This document shows, one piece after another, positions 46,567-57,609 of a DNA stretch of 64,000 bases. How positions within the stretch are numbered: position 1 is the first letter of the stretch; each line of letters starts with the position of its first letter. Source of the stretch: a virus. The notes beneath the pieces were generated by a model, which was given only the letters and a program-made list of their open reading frames with translations, made no database searches and was not told the DNA's origin. Position numbers and translations under genes: made by a program. Location of the stretch: positions 1 through 64,000 of the IMG/VR virus record IMGVR_UViG_3300023198_000559. One strand, written 5' to 3'.

Positions 46567-47772
46567 ATGTTAAATTACGTAAACAGAGTAATCGTAGGTA
46601 AGTCGACTGGTGGAGCAAATACTGGAGCAACACTTGCTACTATTACAAGAGGAGACATCCTTATCCTAAGTGAAGACATGGCAGTTTTAGCGAATGGCGC
46701 TGCTAAACAGCCTACCTATGTTGCTGTTGGAACAGGGGTCACAGATAATCCTTTTATTTTGAGTTCTTTAATTCACCCAATTGATAGCATGAAGGTGAAT
46801 CAGAAAACAACTCGAGCTGCAGCAAACCAGGTAACTTATGTTGGGTGGAACGGTACTGTTGGAGATATAGGAGCTGTAGTAGACGAAGCAGTCTATGAAG
46901 TTATCCTTGCTTTCAAGGACCGTCAACGTTTAATCGCAAACCGTCAAACTCGTATGGTACTTAATGCAGCTGCAGATGGTACAGACAAGTATGACTTGTG
47001 TGCACAATTAGAAAAGCAATCACGCTTTGATTCACCTTATTCTGATCCTTATGGGGTTCAGGTAGACATTTTAGCTGTTGGTACAACTACAGTATCTGAT
47101 AACACTGTTCGTGTTACTAAGAATAGTAGAAGTATTACTTATGCTACTGCTGCTACTCACAATGTTGGTACTGCTATCATAGTTGGTGATGTTATCGCTT
47201 TTGATAATATTGACTATAAAGTAACTGCAGTAGACGCACTTGAACTTACATTAGACAGACCTTTCAAAGCTGCTTCTGAAGCTGCTTTTACAGCTGCTGA
47301 CATTGATATTAAGAAATCTATCACTGCTGCTGGTCTTAAGATTACTGGTCTTGCTTCTCCTTTCAATAACCCAGATGTAGATATCTACGAGAAGGTTGTA
47401 TTTGAAGTAGGTGTTAGTGCATCTTTTGCTTCAGCTCCTGTTGATTATTCAGTTGCTGCTGATCTTGGACAAGGTATCTATGAGCAAGTTAAGAAAATGG
47501 AATTTGACGTACAAGGTTACTTAGGTAATACTAACTTGCGCGACTGGCCTATCCATTCTTTTGATTATCACGCTGTTAGTGGTACCGCTTATGATGTTGT
47601 GAATATCAATTCTTTTGACCAACATGAAGGAGATCTTCAAAGTCAAATGAATTCACCTGTAGGGTTAACTCTTGCTTTCTCTGCAACTGCTGCAACTCAA
47701 AGAAACGCTGTTCTTACAATTTTGGAAGACGCGTTAGGCTTAGGTGCTGCATATTTTAGTGGTAAGTGGTAA
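46567..47772 (+). CDS. virion structural protein (auxiliary capsid-like)
   Basis: A/T/V/G-rich; upstream TATATTTG and downstream terminator (~47800-47833). Confidence 0.6.
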   Translation: MLNYVNRVIVGKSTGGANTGATLATITRGDILILSEDMAVLANGAAKQPTYVAVGTGVTDNPFILSSLIHPIDSMKVNQKTTRAAANQVTYVGWNGTVGDIGAVVDEAVYEVILAFKDRQRLIANRQTRMVLNAAADGTDKYDLCAQLEKQSRFDSPYSDPYGVQVDILAVGTTTVSDNTVRVTKNSRSITYATAATHNVGTAIIVGDVIAFDNIDYKVTAVDALELTLDRPFKAASEAAFTAADIDIKKSITAAGLKITGLASPFNNPDVDIYEKVVFEVGVSASFASAPVDYSVAADLGQGIYEQVKKMEFDVQGYLGNTNLRDWPIHSFDYHAVSGTAYDVVNINSFDQHEGDLQSQMNSPVGLTLAFSATAATQRNAVLTILEDALGLGAAYFSGKW

Positions 47773-47841
47773 GAGAGTCTAGTACAATTAATTAACAAAG
47801 TAGGTGGAATATTGATTTATTTCACCTATTTTTGTTTAATT

Positions 47842-48495
47842 ATGACTCTACAAGAAATTATATATACTATAAAAAATTCCTTGGGCACTGATGCTGAGGA
47901 ACTAACAAACAGACAGTACAAGTTTATTATAGATTACTATAGAGCTAAGTTACTGAGACAGAGACTTAAAGCAGGCGAATTAGTATCCCCAGCCTTTTCT
48001 CCTGTTATTCACAAAATACAGTTAAAAGCCCTTGAAGATTCAGACCCTGGAAGTTTGGATACTGATGGTGGTACCCTTAAAACTGTAAAGAGTATTCCAG
48101 TCATTATCCCTCACACTAAAGAATCCACTCTAATGTACTTAGGTGCTACGGATGGATTTCTTCCTTTTCAGGAAACTGCTTTCCAGGCACTGGATCTAGA
48201 GCAACACGCTAAGTATATTAAAAAGCAACCTAAATGGTACTTACTCGGGAGTAAGATTTATATTACTAATCCTCCAGATGAGCAAGTAGAATATATATCA
48301 TTACAAGGTATCTTCGAAGACCCAGCAGCAGCCGCTGCTTTGAGTGCTGATTTTGATACTGATAGTTTACGAAACTATAGTTTTGAATATGCTATGGCTG
48401 GTGATATGGTAGATACAATTGTAAAATTAATCCGTGATAACGAGATGGCACCCCTTTTAAAAGAACTAGATGAAGATGACAATTCTCAACGATGA
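47842..48495 (+). CDS. tail ring protein
   Basis: MTLxEIIY...YYRAKLL...GIFEDP. Confidence 0.65.
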   Translation: MTLQEIIYTIKNSLGTDAEELTNRQYKFIIDYYRAKLLRQRLKAGELVSPAFSPVIHKIQLKALEDSDPGSLDTDGGTLKTVKSIPVIIPHTKESTLMYLGATDGFLPFQETAFQALDLEQHAKYIKKQPKWYLLGSKIYITNPPDEQVEYISLQGIFEDPAAAAALSADFDTDSLRNYSFEYAMAGDMVDTIVKLIRDNEMAPLLKELDEDDNSQR

Positions 48496-48916
48496 GTTAG
48501 GAATTAAACAAATATATAAGTTTTATCGTTCTAAGGATTATACAACAAAAGATGAAAAAGTGCTGTATGATAAGTTTAGAAAGGTCTGTTATGCAGTAAA
48601 CAAGAAGATAGCTGAGAAAATGCTTGAAGGGAAATATATAAGACTTCCATTTAACCTGGGAAAGTTTTATATTAGGAAGAGAAAGAATAACTACAAAAGT
48701 TTAAAGATTGATTTCAACTACTATAATACTACCGGTAAGGTGGCATACCATTTAAATGAGCATTCGAATAAGTTTCACGCTAAGTGGTTTTGGGAAAAGA
48801 TTAGTTGCAGAATACCCGGGAATAAGATTTACAGTTTTATTCCTTCTAGGAAAAACAAACGAGACCTAGCGAAAATAATGAAACAACCTGGTGGTTATAT
48901 AAACTATTTAGAATAA
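48470..48916 (+). CDS. IHF-like protein of the crAss tail module
   Basis: IRLPFNLGKFYIRK...HLNEHS..F...W. Confidence 0.7.
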   Translation: MKMTILNDELGIKQIYKFYRSKDYTTKDEKVLYDKFRKVCYAVNKKIAEKMLEGKYIRLPFNLGKFYIRKRKNNYKSLKIDFNYYNTTGKVAYHLNEHSNKFHAKWFWEKISCRIPGNKIYSFIPSRKNKRDLAKIMKQPGGYINYLE

Positions 48917-49662
48917 TGGCAGTATTTAAACAAGTAAGTATTAAAGTGGCTCTCCGTAAGATATCTTCCGGCCTGGGCTATACAAAAGCAACAGCAAGTG
49001 AATTTCCATGGCAAGATGCAGTGGAATGGATTGGTGAGGCCCTAAATCAAATAGGAGCCTATACTCAATATGATGCAAAAGAAGTTACCTTAACGGTGGA
49101 GGATTATAAAGCGAAATTGCCTTGTGACTTCATTCACCTGAAGCGTATGTTAAACATGTCAACTTATCCTAGAGGAGAACGCGATGTTGGTAACGCTAAT
49201 TTAATAGATAATGAAGTAGATACAGATGAAGAACAAGCTGCGAGACTTCTAGCAAGCTCCAATACAGATTATGACTTTAATATCATACTAGACAACATTA
49301 TTACCTCATATAAAGATGGTACGCTAACTTTACAATACTTAGCTATGCCTATTGATGAGGAAGGATTCCCCTATATTCCAGATAACGAATCTTATAAAGA
49401 AGCTTTCTTCTGGTATATAGCAAATAGACTAGCTATTCGTGGAGAACATAAAAATAAAGAACTCAGCATAGGTTACTGTGACGCACAATGGCAATGGTAT
49501 TGTGGACAAGCTAGAGCAGAAGGAAATGCTTTAACACACGCACAATTAGACTGGTTTGCATTAGATAATTCATCTATGGTACCTTTGGCTCTCGTTAATA
49601 CTTTTACAGATGCAGTTACTGCTAGAGGTACTGATAGTTCATTTGATATCCCGGTTGTATAA
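48916..49662 (+). CDS. tail ring (tubular) protein
   Basis: EWIGEAL, LPCDF, YLAMPIDEEGFPYIPD. Confidence 0.7.
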   Translation: MAVFKQVSIKVALRKISSGLGYTKATASEFPWQDAVEWIGEALNQIGAYTQYDAKEVTLTVEDYKAKLPCDFIHLKRMLNMSTYPRGERDVGNANLIDNEVDTDEEQAARLLASSNTDYDFNIILDNIITSYKDGTLTLQYLAMPIDEEGFPYIPDNESYKEAFFWYIANRLAIRGEHKNKELSIGYCDAQWQWYCGQARAEGNALTHAQLDWFALDNSSMVPLALVNTFTDAVTARGTDSSFDIPVV

Positions 49663-52600
49663 TGGAAATAGTAAACAATTCATTTGAAAAAGGCCTCAGC
49701 AAAGATTTCTCTCCTGGTAAACAACCAATAGGGACATACCTTCATGCTGAAAATATTGTAAGAGATATACAAGGAACTGTTAAATCTGAACGAGGTACTA
49801 TTCTATTAGCACAAGTTACTAATCTTACTAACCCTAAGATTATTGGTGAAACTGTTATTGGAGAAGAGATTATTTTCTTTGTAGTAGCTACTGAAGGTTC
49901 TTTAATTACTAAACTTAAAGCAGACAACACACTTGAGAATATTCTATTCACAGGAGATGGTACTGCTGGTACTGGTAGTGAAACTACATTAGTAGAAAAG
50001 TCTATAGGTGGTACATCTATTGATGGGTATGATGAGGCTTACTTAGAAGTCGCTAAAACTGCTGACACTAATTTATTAGTAGTAGGAGATTCTTTAACTT
50101 TATCTGGTTTTGGAGATAATGGTGTTTTTGAAATTAAAAGTATACACAGTGTTAGCGGGAACAAGTGGCAGTTTATTTTTACTACTTTGTGGCACCCTCC
50201 TTTTGACCAAACTGGAACTGTAACCTGGTATGTAGAAGAAACTGTAGAGGTTGATTCTTCAGAAACTTTTGTTATTTCTCCAGTAGGAAGCTCTAATCCT
50301 GAGGAAATGAGTTTTGCTAAAAGTACTAGTGCTTTATATGATTTAGTATTTACACTTGTAGGTGCTACTGTTAGTGTTGAAATGGTGTATCGTTCTGGAG
50401 GTTCGGGTATTGGAGATCCTATTCAAGTTGATGGAATTATTGAATACTCTAGATCTTCTAAAGTATTACCAGAATCTTTTCGTCCAACACAAGCCGGTGG
50501 AGTTGAATTATATAGTGATGGGGCAGTAAGTAGTGGTTATGGTTTTAGTATAAGTTCAACCGGTGTTGTTGCTTTTACTCTATTAGATAGCGAATTTGAC
50601 ACACCTCGACAAGTACTATTTACGGGTATTAAAACTTATACATCATCTGGACAAGCTACTTCTACTATACCTCCGTCAGCTGAACACCCTTATCTGAATT
50701 TTAGTTACGCCTATCCTATAGATGTAGTAAGTAGAAAGAACCATAAAGGTGAGATAATTATATATTTTACTGACAATAATAACATTCCACGTCGTATAAA
50801 TACATCAACATTTATAGATGCATCTAATTTTGATAATGAAACTAAGTTGTTTCTTAATCCCAATCTACCAAGAATTACCGGTTTAGAGGTAGTAGACGGT
50901 GGAGGAGTAACAACCGGGCTATATAATTTTGCAGCTAGGTTAGGTACAATTACCGGGAATACAACTTCCTTTAGTCAAATAAGTAATGGTATACCAGTAG
51001 TTAATGAGTCTCAAGCAGTTGGAGAATTACAATATGATGGAGCGCCACCACAAACTGTAGGCGGTAAAACTATAAAAATTAGTATTGATAATATTGATAC
51101 TACATATCAGTTTATAGAAATTGCAGCTGTTACGTATACAGGAGAAGATAATGTATTAACTGCAAACATTATAGCCAAGCTTCCAATTACTACTACTAGT
51201 ATTGTTTTTGAATATTATTCAGATGAACAAATTGTAGAAGCAGTATTAGTAGAAGAATTAGCAGCAGAAGCAATAGAGTATATTAAGGCTAAAAATTTAG
51301 TGCAGAAAGATAACTTTTTATTTTTAGCTAACTTACAAAGTAATTCTTTTGCTGGGTACGATAATTTATTACAAGGCGTAGCAGATGACATTGAAGTCTA
51401 TTATGAAGAAAAACCAGATATTCAGTCTGCTACCAGTTTAATATATTCTGCAACAGCAACACCAGATCCTGTTTATGGATCAACTTTAGTAGATATAAAA
51501 CTAGATGAACTTATTGATACTACGTTTAAAAATTACAAGAACCCTGAGTATACAGATAAGTATAAAACTTATCAAAGAGATGAGGTTTACAGTTTTGCTT
51601 TAGTTCCTATCTTTACAGGAGGAATACATGGCAGCGCTTACCATATTCCAGGCTGGGCTGCTAACCCTACTTTTGACGGGGCGCCAGGAAATGAAGATAC
51701 TTTACGTTTAAGAGGATGGAAAAATGCAGATGATACATATCATCATAGAATGCCTTCTGTAGAAAAATCACCTCCTTTTACAAGTGATGGTATTAAACAA
51801 ACATTTATTCCAATTGGAATAACTTTTAAAGAAATAAACTTTCCAGAATCCTTATTAGCTATTTTAGAGGGGTTTACAATTGTACGCCAAAGACGCGATA
51901 GACCTAATAATGGTATTATTATTGCACAAGGTTTAGCACATAACTTTTATAATGGCCCTAATGATGCTTTAATACCTATACCTGATAATGGTAAATGTGA
52001 TCTTAAGTATCTCGCGAACGGATCTCAGATTGATTATGACTTTTATGCTCAACAAGATACATGGGATAATCCTTATTTTGCTTTTTATAGTCCAGATATT
52101 ATACATGGTCTACTTGATAGTAGCTTTTTTGGAAATGTAAGTTCTTTAAAACAAGTTAGCATTAAAAATTTAAAAGAGGTTGCTTCTAATAATATAGGAA
52201 CTACACACTTAAGGCATAAGACATATGGAGTATACTACTGTGACTTTGAAGATATTAGTGTAAATCCTCCTACTACAGGAGGCCTCGATCCTACTGATAG
52301 AAGTAAACTTCATGTATCACAAGATCTAGTTACTTCTTTCTTTTATAATATAGTTCCTTTTCAAAGAGACTTAGCAGAATCAATAACATTACCAGATGGT
52401 AAAATTATACGTGCCTCTGGAATGAGCGGGAAACCTGTAGTATTTAAATTATCCTCTGGTAAACTAATAAGGGACACACAAACATTTAGAGGGAATATGA
52501 GTTCTTTTGTTTTAACTGGTACTGATATCATGGTGGCCCCTCCTACTGGAGTAAGTTGGTCTACTTATACTTGGCAGACAACTGAAATAAATAATGTTTA

Positions 52601-54155
52601 TGCTATGTCCTCTAATGTATATGGAGACTTATCTTTAGCAGAATATATTAAAGTAGAAGAGTTTTACTTTGATAATAGTCCGGGGACAGAAGTTACAGTA
52701 TATGGTGGAGACACTTTCTTAACCAGATATGACTTTAATATAGGTGTGGGATTAGATGCTATAGATGGTAAAGTCCATGGTAATATAAGTACCTATCTAG
52801 AAACTAGAGGAAATTATGCTTATAGACATTATGAAGCTCCTATAGTAGAAGGAGACACTACTACTGAAGGTACAATGCCTTATGCTCCTAAATTTAAACA
52901 TTTACTAGCTGGAGAATTGGTTCCTACTTCATTAGGAATATGGAATTATGAATTATCTAAAGGGCCAGGTGAAGCTTATAATAAACAATATAATTTTGAG
53001 AATACAATAAATAAGTATTATCCAGTAGATGTTTTATTTGATGCAGTAGATATGTTTCCAAATAGAATTACCTATTCTGTTCAGTCGTTTGAGAATGAAA
53101 AGTTTGATGCTTATAGAACTTTCTTAACTAATAATTTCCATGATATCCCAAAAGAAACAGGTGAGATTACTAATCTATTTGAGTATAATAGTATATTGTA
53201 CGCTCATACTCCTCACTCTTTATGGCATACTTTCGTGAATGAAAAAACTTTTGTAAACAGTAGTTCTGGTGAAATTGTATTAGGTAATGGTGGTTTATTC
53301 CCTATACCTTCAAAACAACTCTACACAGAAGAAGGAGGATTCGCTGGAACTTCTGCTAAATGGGGAGCAGCTAATACTCCATATGGTAGAATGTTTATAG
53401 ATAATCATCAAAGGAAAGTATTTATTTTAGCAGATAAAGGAGTTAAAGAACTATCAGATCCACACCTATTTGTGTACTTTACTACTCTATTAGATTCATC
53501 AGGGCCAGAAAACTATAAGATAGGATACGACCCACTAAATAAAAGGGCTATTCTTTCAATAGTCCCAACAACTACTTCAGTAGTAGGTACGTCGTTATCT
53601 TATGCTTTCGAATTACAATCTTGGTCTTCTATACATACTTATAGTGTGGATAGGTTTGCGACTAGGGATAATAAATTGATAGGTACTTCCGGAGGAGGTA
53701 TTTATGAAATGGCCACAGGCCCATATAATAGTTACTTTGGTGAACTGTCTCCAAGTAAACTACAGTTTGTTATGAACGCATACCCAAGTACAACTAAAGA
53801 TTTCTTAAATCTTAAGTGGATACAACGATATAAACAAGCTATATTTAGTGAAGTAACTGTTAAGACTGAAGACTTTACAACTGGTTTAGTGACACCAATA
53901 CTTGTTACTTCTTTTGCAGAAGAACAAAAATTCTTATCTTTGGGGGCACAACATGTTAATAAAGTAGGAGGAGAATATAGAATGACAATACCACCTGATA
54001 ATAATCCAGACGTTATATACGTGGATGAGTTTTTCAGGCCTACAATTAAAGGAAAGTATGGAATAGTAGAATTAACTTATTTCCCTGATTTAGCTTTAAA
54101 CTCTCCTTTAGAGTTAGAGTATATTGGAACAGAATTTTTAAAAATAGCAGAATAA
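49662..54155 (+). CDS. muzzle / tail stabilization protein
   Basis: 1497 aa; F.KGL.KD, IYFTDNNN.PRRIN, YQRDEVYSF, GGDTF. Confidence 0.8.
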   Translation: MEIVNNSFEKGLSKDFSPGKQPIGTYLHAENIVRDIQGTVKSERGTILLAQVTNLTNPKIIGETVIGEEIIFFVVATEGSLITKLKADNTLENILFTGDGTAGTGSETTLVEKSIGGTSIDGYDEAYLEVAKTADTNLLVVGDSLTLSGFGDNGVFEIKSIHSVSGNKWQFIFTTLWHPPFDQTGTVTWYVEETVEVDSSETFVISPVGSSNPEEMSFAKSTSALYDLVFTLVGATVSVEMVYRSGGSGIGDPIQVDGIIEYSRSSKVLPESFRPTQAGGVELYSDGAVSSGYGFSISSTGVVAFTLLDSEFDTPRQVLFTGIKTYTSSGQATSTIPPSAEHPYLNFSYAYPIDVVSRKNHKGEIIIYFTDNNNIPRRINTSTFIDASNFDNETKLFLNPNLPRITGLEVVDGGGVTTGLYNFAARLGTITGNTTSFSQISNGIPVVNESQAVGELQYDGAPPQTVGGKTIKISIDNIDTTYQFIEIAAVTYTGEDNVLTANIIAKLPITTTSIVFEYYSDEQIVEAVLVEELAAEAIEYIKAKNLVQKDNFLFLANLQSNSFAGYDNLLQGVADDIEVYYEEKPDIQSATSLIYSATATPDPVYGSTLVDIKLDELIDTTFKNYKNPEYTDKYKTYQRDEVYSFALVPIFTGGIHGSAYHIPGWAANPTFDGAPGNEDTLRLRGWKNADDTYHHRMPSVEKSPPFTSDGIKQTFIPIGITFKEINFPESLLAILEGFTIVRQRRDRPNNGIIIAQGLAHNFYNGPNDALIPIPDNGKCDLKYLANGSQIDYDFYAQQDTWDNPYFAFYSPDIIHGLLDSSFFGNVSSLKQVSIKNLKEVASNNIGTTHLRHKTYGVYYCDFEDISVNPPTTGGLDPTDRSKLHVSQDLVTSFFYNIVPFQRDLAESITLPDGKIIRASGMSGKPVVFKLSSGKLIRDTQTFRGNMSSFVLTGTDIMVAPPTGVSWSTYTWQTTEINNVYAMSSNVYGDLSLAEYIKVEEFYFDNSPGTEVTVYGGDTFLTRYDFNIGVGLDAIDGKVHGNISTYLETRGNYAYRHYEAPIVEGDTTTEGTMPYAPKFKHLLAGELVPTSLGIWNYELSKGPGEAYNKQYNFENTINKYYPVDVLFDAVDMFPNRITYSVQSFENEKFDAYRTFLTNNFHDIPKETGEITNLFEYNSILYAHTPHSLWHTFVNEKTFVNSSSGEIVLGNGGLFPIPSKQLYTEEGGFAGTSAKWGAANTPYGRMFIDNHQRKVFILADKGVKELSDPHLFVYFTTLLDSSGPENYKIGYDPLNKRAILSIVPTTTSVVGTSLSYAFELQSWSSIHTYSVDRFATRDNKLIGTSGGGIYEMATGPYNSYFGELSPSKLQFVMNAYPSTTKDFLNLKWIQRYKQAIFSEVTVKTEDFTTGLVTPILVTSFAEEQKFLSLGAQHVNKVGGEYRMTIPPDNNPDVIYVDEFFRPTIKGKYGIVELTYFPDLALNSPLELEYIGTEFLKIAE

Positions 54156-55981
54156 TGAAAAGAAAATACCATGTTATTAATGGAACATTAGAAAAAAGGT
54201 TTAAACCTCGTAAATTTCAAAGCGGAGTACAAATGGTAGGCGCTCGTCCTACTCCTCCTAAGAATGATGTATGGGCAGACATTGGTGAGATTGGTTTATC
54301 TGCTGGTGCTGGAGTAGCAGGAGGTGCAGCCGCAGGACCTGCTGGTATGATTGGTGGTGGTATCGCTGGTTTCGCTACTGGTTTAGCGAGTGTACTCTCT
54401 GGTAACAAAGCAGAACAAGAACAGTATGATGCTGAGTTTGATTTATGGACAGGACAACGAGGAGATATGTTACAAGGACAAATTGCAGACTCTAACCAGA
54501 TTGCACAACAACTCAATCAAAGTGCAAAGAAAGGGGTATACGCAACCGGTACGGAAGCAATTGAGGTAGAGAAGGATGAGCTTATATTTACTAAAACTGA
54601 AACTGGTAAGTATGTTCTCAAAGCAGATTATCAAGGAGGTAAGACTCATAATAAAGGTGGAGAAGACTACCAGGCTGCAGATGGTGATATCATATTCCCA
54701 GGTAAAGATCGTAAGAAAGTAATGAAGGCTTATAAGTCTCAAGACTTTCCTAAACTCGAATCTATGAGAATGAGTTTACCTAAAGATACTCAAGGTGGAA
54801 AAGCTAGGAATGGTTTAGATACAGACCCTAAACAACAGTATGCGGATATACAAGCACAAGTAAAAGCAGGTAAATTACCTCAGTCTTTTGCAGATAATTT
54901 TTATGCTCAGAATGCTAATCAATTACAAGATACAAAGTATGATGTAAGTGGTGTTGATTTTGGAGACCAACGAAAAGGTTTTAATGTAGATACTGACCCT
55001 GGTTTTAGAATGCGATTACAGCCTGATGGTTCATATAAACGAACATCTAGTGGATTAACTAGTAATCAAATGATTGAGGATTTAGAGGCAGCTACGTTTA
55101 ATGCTAGACGAGATAATCCTTTAATTGAATCTCCAGATCGAAGACCTTTCATTGGTGGTGATGATAGTACAGTACAACAAGGCGAAGGTGCTAAGGTAAT
55201 TACGCCAGAAACTCCTGCAGGAGGAGGTGGAAAAGGTGTTAATCCTAATGCAAACATGCCTTCAGCAGCTATGATATTACAGACTGTACCAACGAGAGTA
55301 GGTTTAGGAGAAATAGCTCCAATGAGTAACTTTAAACCTGGAGGTATAGATGTACAAAGCGCTAACCAGATTGGAGCAAGTACACAACAACTAGGGGCTA
55401 CTGCTGGCGACCCAGGTGGAGGCGGAGGCGGAGGTCTTGCAGCTGGATTGGGATATGCAGCTCAAGGATTATCCGCATTAACTAATTTATTCCCTGGAGA
55501 AGCTGAGGTACAGAGGTCACCAGAAGTACGATTAGATAGACTTAAGTATAAAGATACTTCTGCTCTTCTAAGACAACAATCTAAAGTAAATGAACGTTTG
55601 CAAGCTTCTAATGCTAGAAACGTATCTGGAGGCAATGTTCAGAACTACTTAGCAAATAGACGTCAAGCAGGTATCTCTAATCTACGAACACAACAAGCTA
55701 TTGATACTCAAGAGTATCAACGTAGATTAGGCATAACTGGTCAGAATGTACAAATTGCAAATCAAGAAGCATTATATAATAATCAATTATTACAACAAGA
55801 TCAACAAGTTAACGCAGCTAATAGATCAGCTCGTCAAAATATAATTAGACAAGGTATTGGACAACTAGGACAACTTGGTGGACAAATAGGGCAAGATGCT
55901 ATGGCACGAGAGAATCAAGCGTTGCTAGCTGAGGCAATAGGGTCTGGTCAGTATAGTGCATATGGAAAATTTAAAGGATAA
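54155..55981 (+). CDS. ejected cargo protein
   Basis: Gly/Ala-rich hydrophobic segment, EVEKDE/HNKGG motif, Gln-rich C-terminus; synteny. Confidence 0.65.
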   Translation: MKRKYHVINGTLEKRFKPRKFQSGVQMVGARPTPPKNDVWADIGEIGLSAGAGVAGGAAAGPAGMIGGGIAGFATGLASVLSGNKAEQEQYDAEFDLWTGQRGDMLQGQIADSNQIAQQLNQSAKKGVYATGTEAIEVEKDELIFTKTETGKYVLKADYQGGKTHNKGGEDYQAADGDIIFPGKDRKKVMKAYKSQDFPKLESMRMSLPKDTQGGKARNGLDTDPKQQYADIQAQVKAGKLPQSFADNFYAQNANQLQDTKYDVSGVDFGDQRKGFNVDTDPGFRMRLQPDGSYKRTSSGLTSNQMIEDLEAATFNARRDNPLIESPDRRPFIGGDDSTVQQGEGAKVITPETPAGGGGKGVNPNANMPSAAMILQTVPTRVGLGEIAPMSNFKPGGIDVQSANQIGASTQQLGATAGDPGGGGGGGLAAGLGYAAQGLSALTNLFPGEAEVQRSPEVRLDRLKYKDTSALLRQQSKVNERLQASNARNVSGGNVQNYLANRRQAGISNLRTQQAIDTQEYQRRLGITGQNVQIANQEALYNNQLLQQDQQVNAANRSARQNIIRQGIGQLGQLGGQIGQDAMARENQALLAEAIGSGQYSAYGKFKG

Positions 55982-55986
55982 TAAAG

Positions 55987-57606
55987 ATGACAGTAAATAG
56001 ATTTAGTAAACCAGTAAACAATAGAGTAATATCACAGTTCGTACCTCAGGATATGAGACTACTAGCGTCTATGGTTCAACAAAAACAACAACGTTATGAT
56101 ATAGCATCTCAACGTCAAGAGGCTATCCAGGATAAGTTAAGTACTTTATCCGGGGTAGGAAATTCAGATTTAGGTATTCTTAATGAGGCTGGTACGGCCA
56201 TGGATGAGTTATCGAAAGAGTACGCAGGCAAAGACTTAGCAGATCCAAGGATAGCTAAAGAATTTATGTCTCGTTCTAAAGGAATAATTAATAATCCGTT
56301 AATCAGAGCTACTCAACAAACAGCTGCATCTGTAGCTAAGCACAAAGAAGATCAACAAAAGGCAATGCTGGCCGGAACGTATAGAGAAGAGAATGATCCA
56401 TTTGCTCAACAACTACAGGCCTATGAAGAGGCAGGTGGTGCAAAAGGCGGTGCATTAGGTTATGGTGGTATAATGAAAGGAGTTGATGAGGATGCAGAGA
56501 TGTCGAAACTCTTTAATAATATGCCTAAGTCTGGATGGAAGAACTATGCAATGATAGGTGATAAGATTAAACAAGTAGGGTATGAAGGTATTAGTAATCA
56601 ACGTATGTTTGGAGACCCTAATAATCCTAACAGTAGTGGTATGGTAGGTACTCAATTTGGTGCTCATTGGAATAGCGCAGCCGGGCAACAGCAACGACGT
56701 CGTTTCCAAATGCTTGAAAGTAGAGGTCAAATTCCTGAGGGAATGACAGCTGAGGAATATGTATTAGGTCACTTAACTTCTAAAGCTCAAGAGTTTGTAG
56801 GAGGTATAACTACCGGTGGTGGTATAGGTGCTCTTGCAGGAGGCGGAGCAACAACTGGTGGTACTAAAGCTAGTCCTAAGTTTGTAGGTCCTATGGCAAA
56901 GAAAATGGCAGATCTAGATTTAGATTTTGATGACGAAGGTAATGCTACAGGATCTGGAAGTACAACCTGGAAAGACTGGATGTCTGGTAAAACAGACAAG
57001 AGTTGGTGGGAGATTCTTACAGCTGATGATATGACTGAAGAAGAAAAGGAAGCAGCTCAACCTGTATTTATAGCATCTAAGATGTATGGTATAAATAATG
57101 AGGATGCTGCTAGGGAGTTAGATATTACTGTATCTCCTAAGTATACGCCTTATAAAAAGCAAGCAGACAAAGCTTTAGCACAAAAAGAATTCGAACAAAA
57201 AGGTTCAGGACATTATAGTGCAATGACTGTATATAGCCAGGATGGCGTAAAGACAGGAACAGGGCAAGAGGTATTTAAGGCTGCAGGTCTTGTAGATGCC
57301 GATGGTTTGTATGACCCAGATAGAGCTAAAAAAGTAGGTGTAAACGTACTTGGAGCGCATGATCCAAATACAGGACTAACTCCTGCAGGATTACATGTGG
57401 TAATTGGCGGAGAAACCTTTATATTTGCAGAGACAACTTTTTCACCAGAAGAACAGAAGGCTGCATGGAACGCAGACTTACGTAGTGGAGGAGTGAATCA
57501 AGCTGATGACGGTACTTATTATGTGTATAATAAAAATAAACCTCAAGGACAACGCTATGGGGTTTGGGATACAGAGACCCAAGATATTAACTATTTCGAA
57601 AAATAA
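55987..57606 (+). CDS. ejected cargo protein
   Basis: Lies between the first cargo gene and the virion RNAP. Confidence 0.6.
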   Translation: MTVNRFSKPVNNRVISQFVPQDMRLLASMVQQKQQRYDIASQRQEAIQDKLSTLSGVGNSDLGILNEAGTAMDELSKEYAGKDLADPRIAKEFMSRSKGIINNPLIRATQQTAASVAKHKEDQQKAMLAGTYREENDPFAQQLQAYEEAGGAKGGALGYGGIMKGVDEDAEMSKLFNNMPKSGWKNYAMIGDKIKQVGYEGISNQRMFGDPNNPNSSGMVGTQFGAHWNSAAGQQQRRRFQMLESRGQIPEGMTAEEYVLGHLTSKAQEFVGGITTGGGIGALAGGGATTGGTKASPKFVGPMAKKMADLDLDFDDEGNATGSGSTTWKDWMSGKTDKSWWEILTADDMTEEEKEAAQPVFIASKMYGINNEDAARELDITVSPKYTPYKKQADKALAQKEFEQKGSGHYSAMTVYSQDGVKTGTGQEVFKAAGLVDADGLYDPDRAKKVGVNVLGAHDPNTGLTPAGLHVVIGGETFIFAETTFSPEEQKAAWNADLRSGGVNQADDGTYYVYNKNKPQGQRYGVWDTETQDINYFEK

Positions 57607-57609
57607 AAG

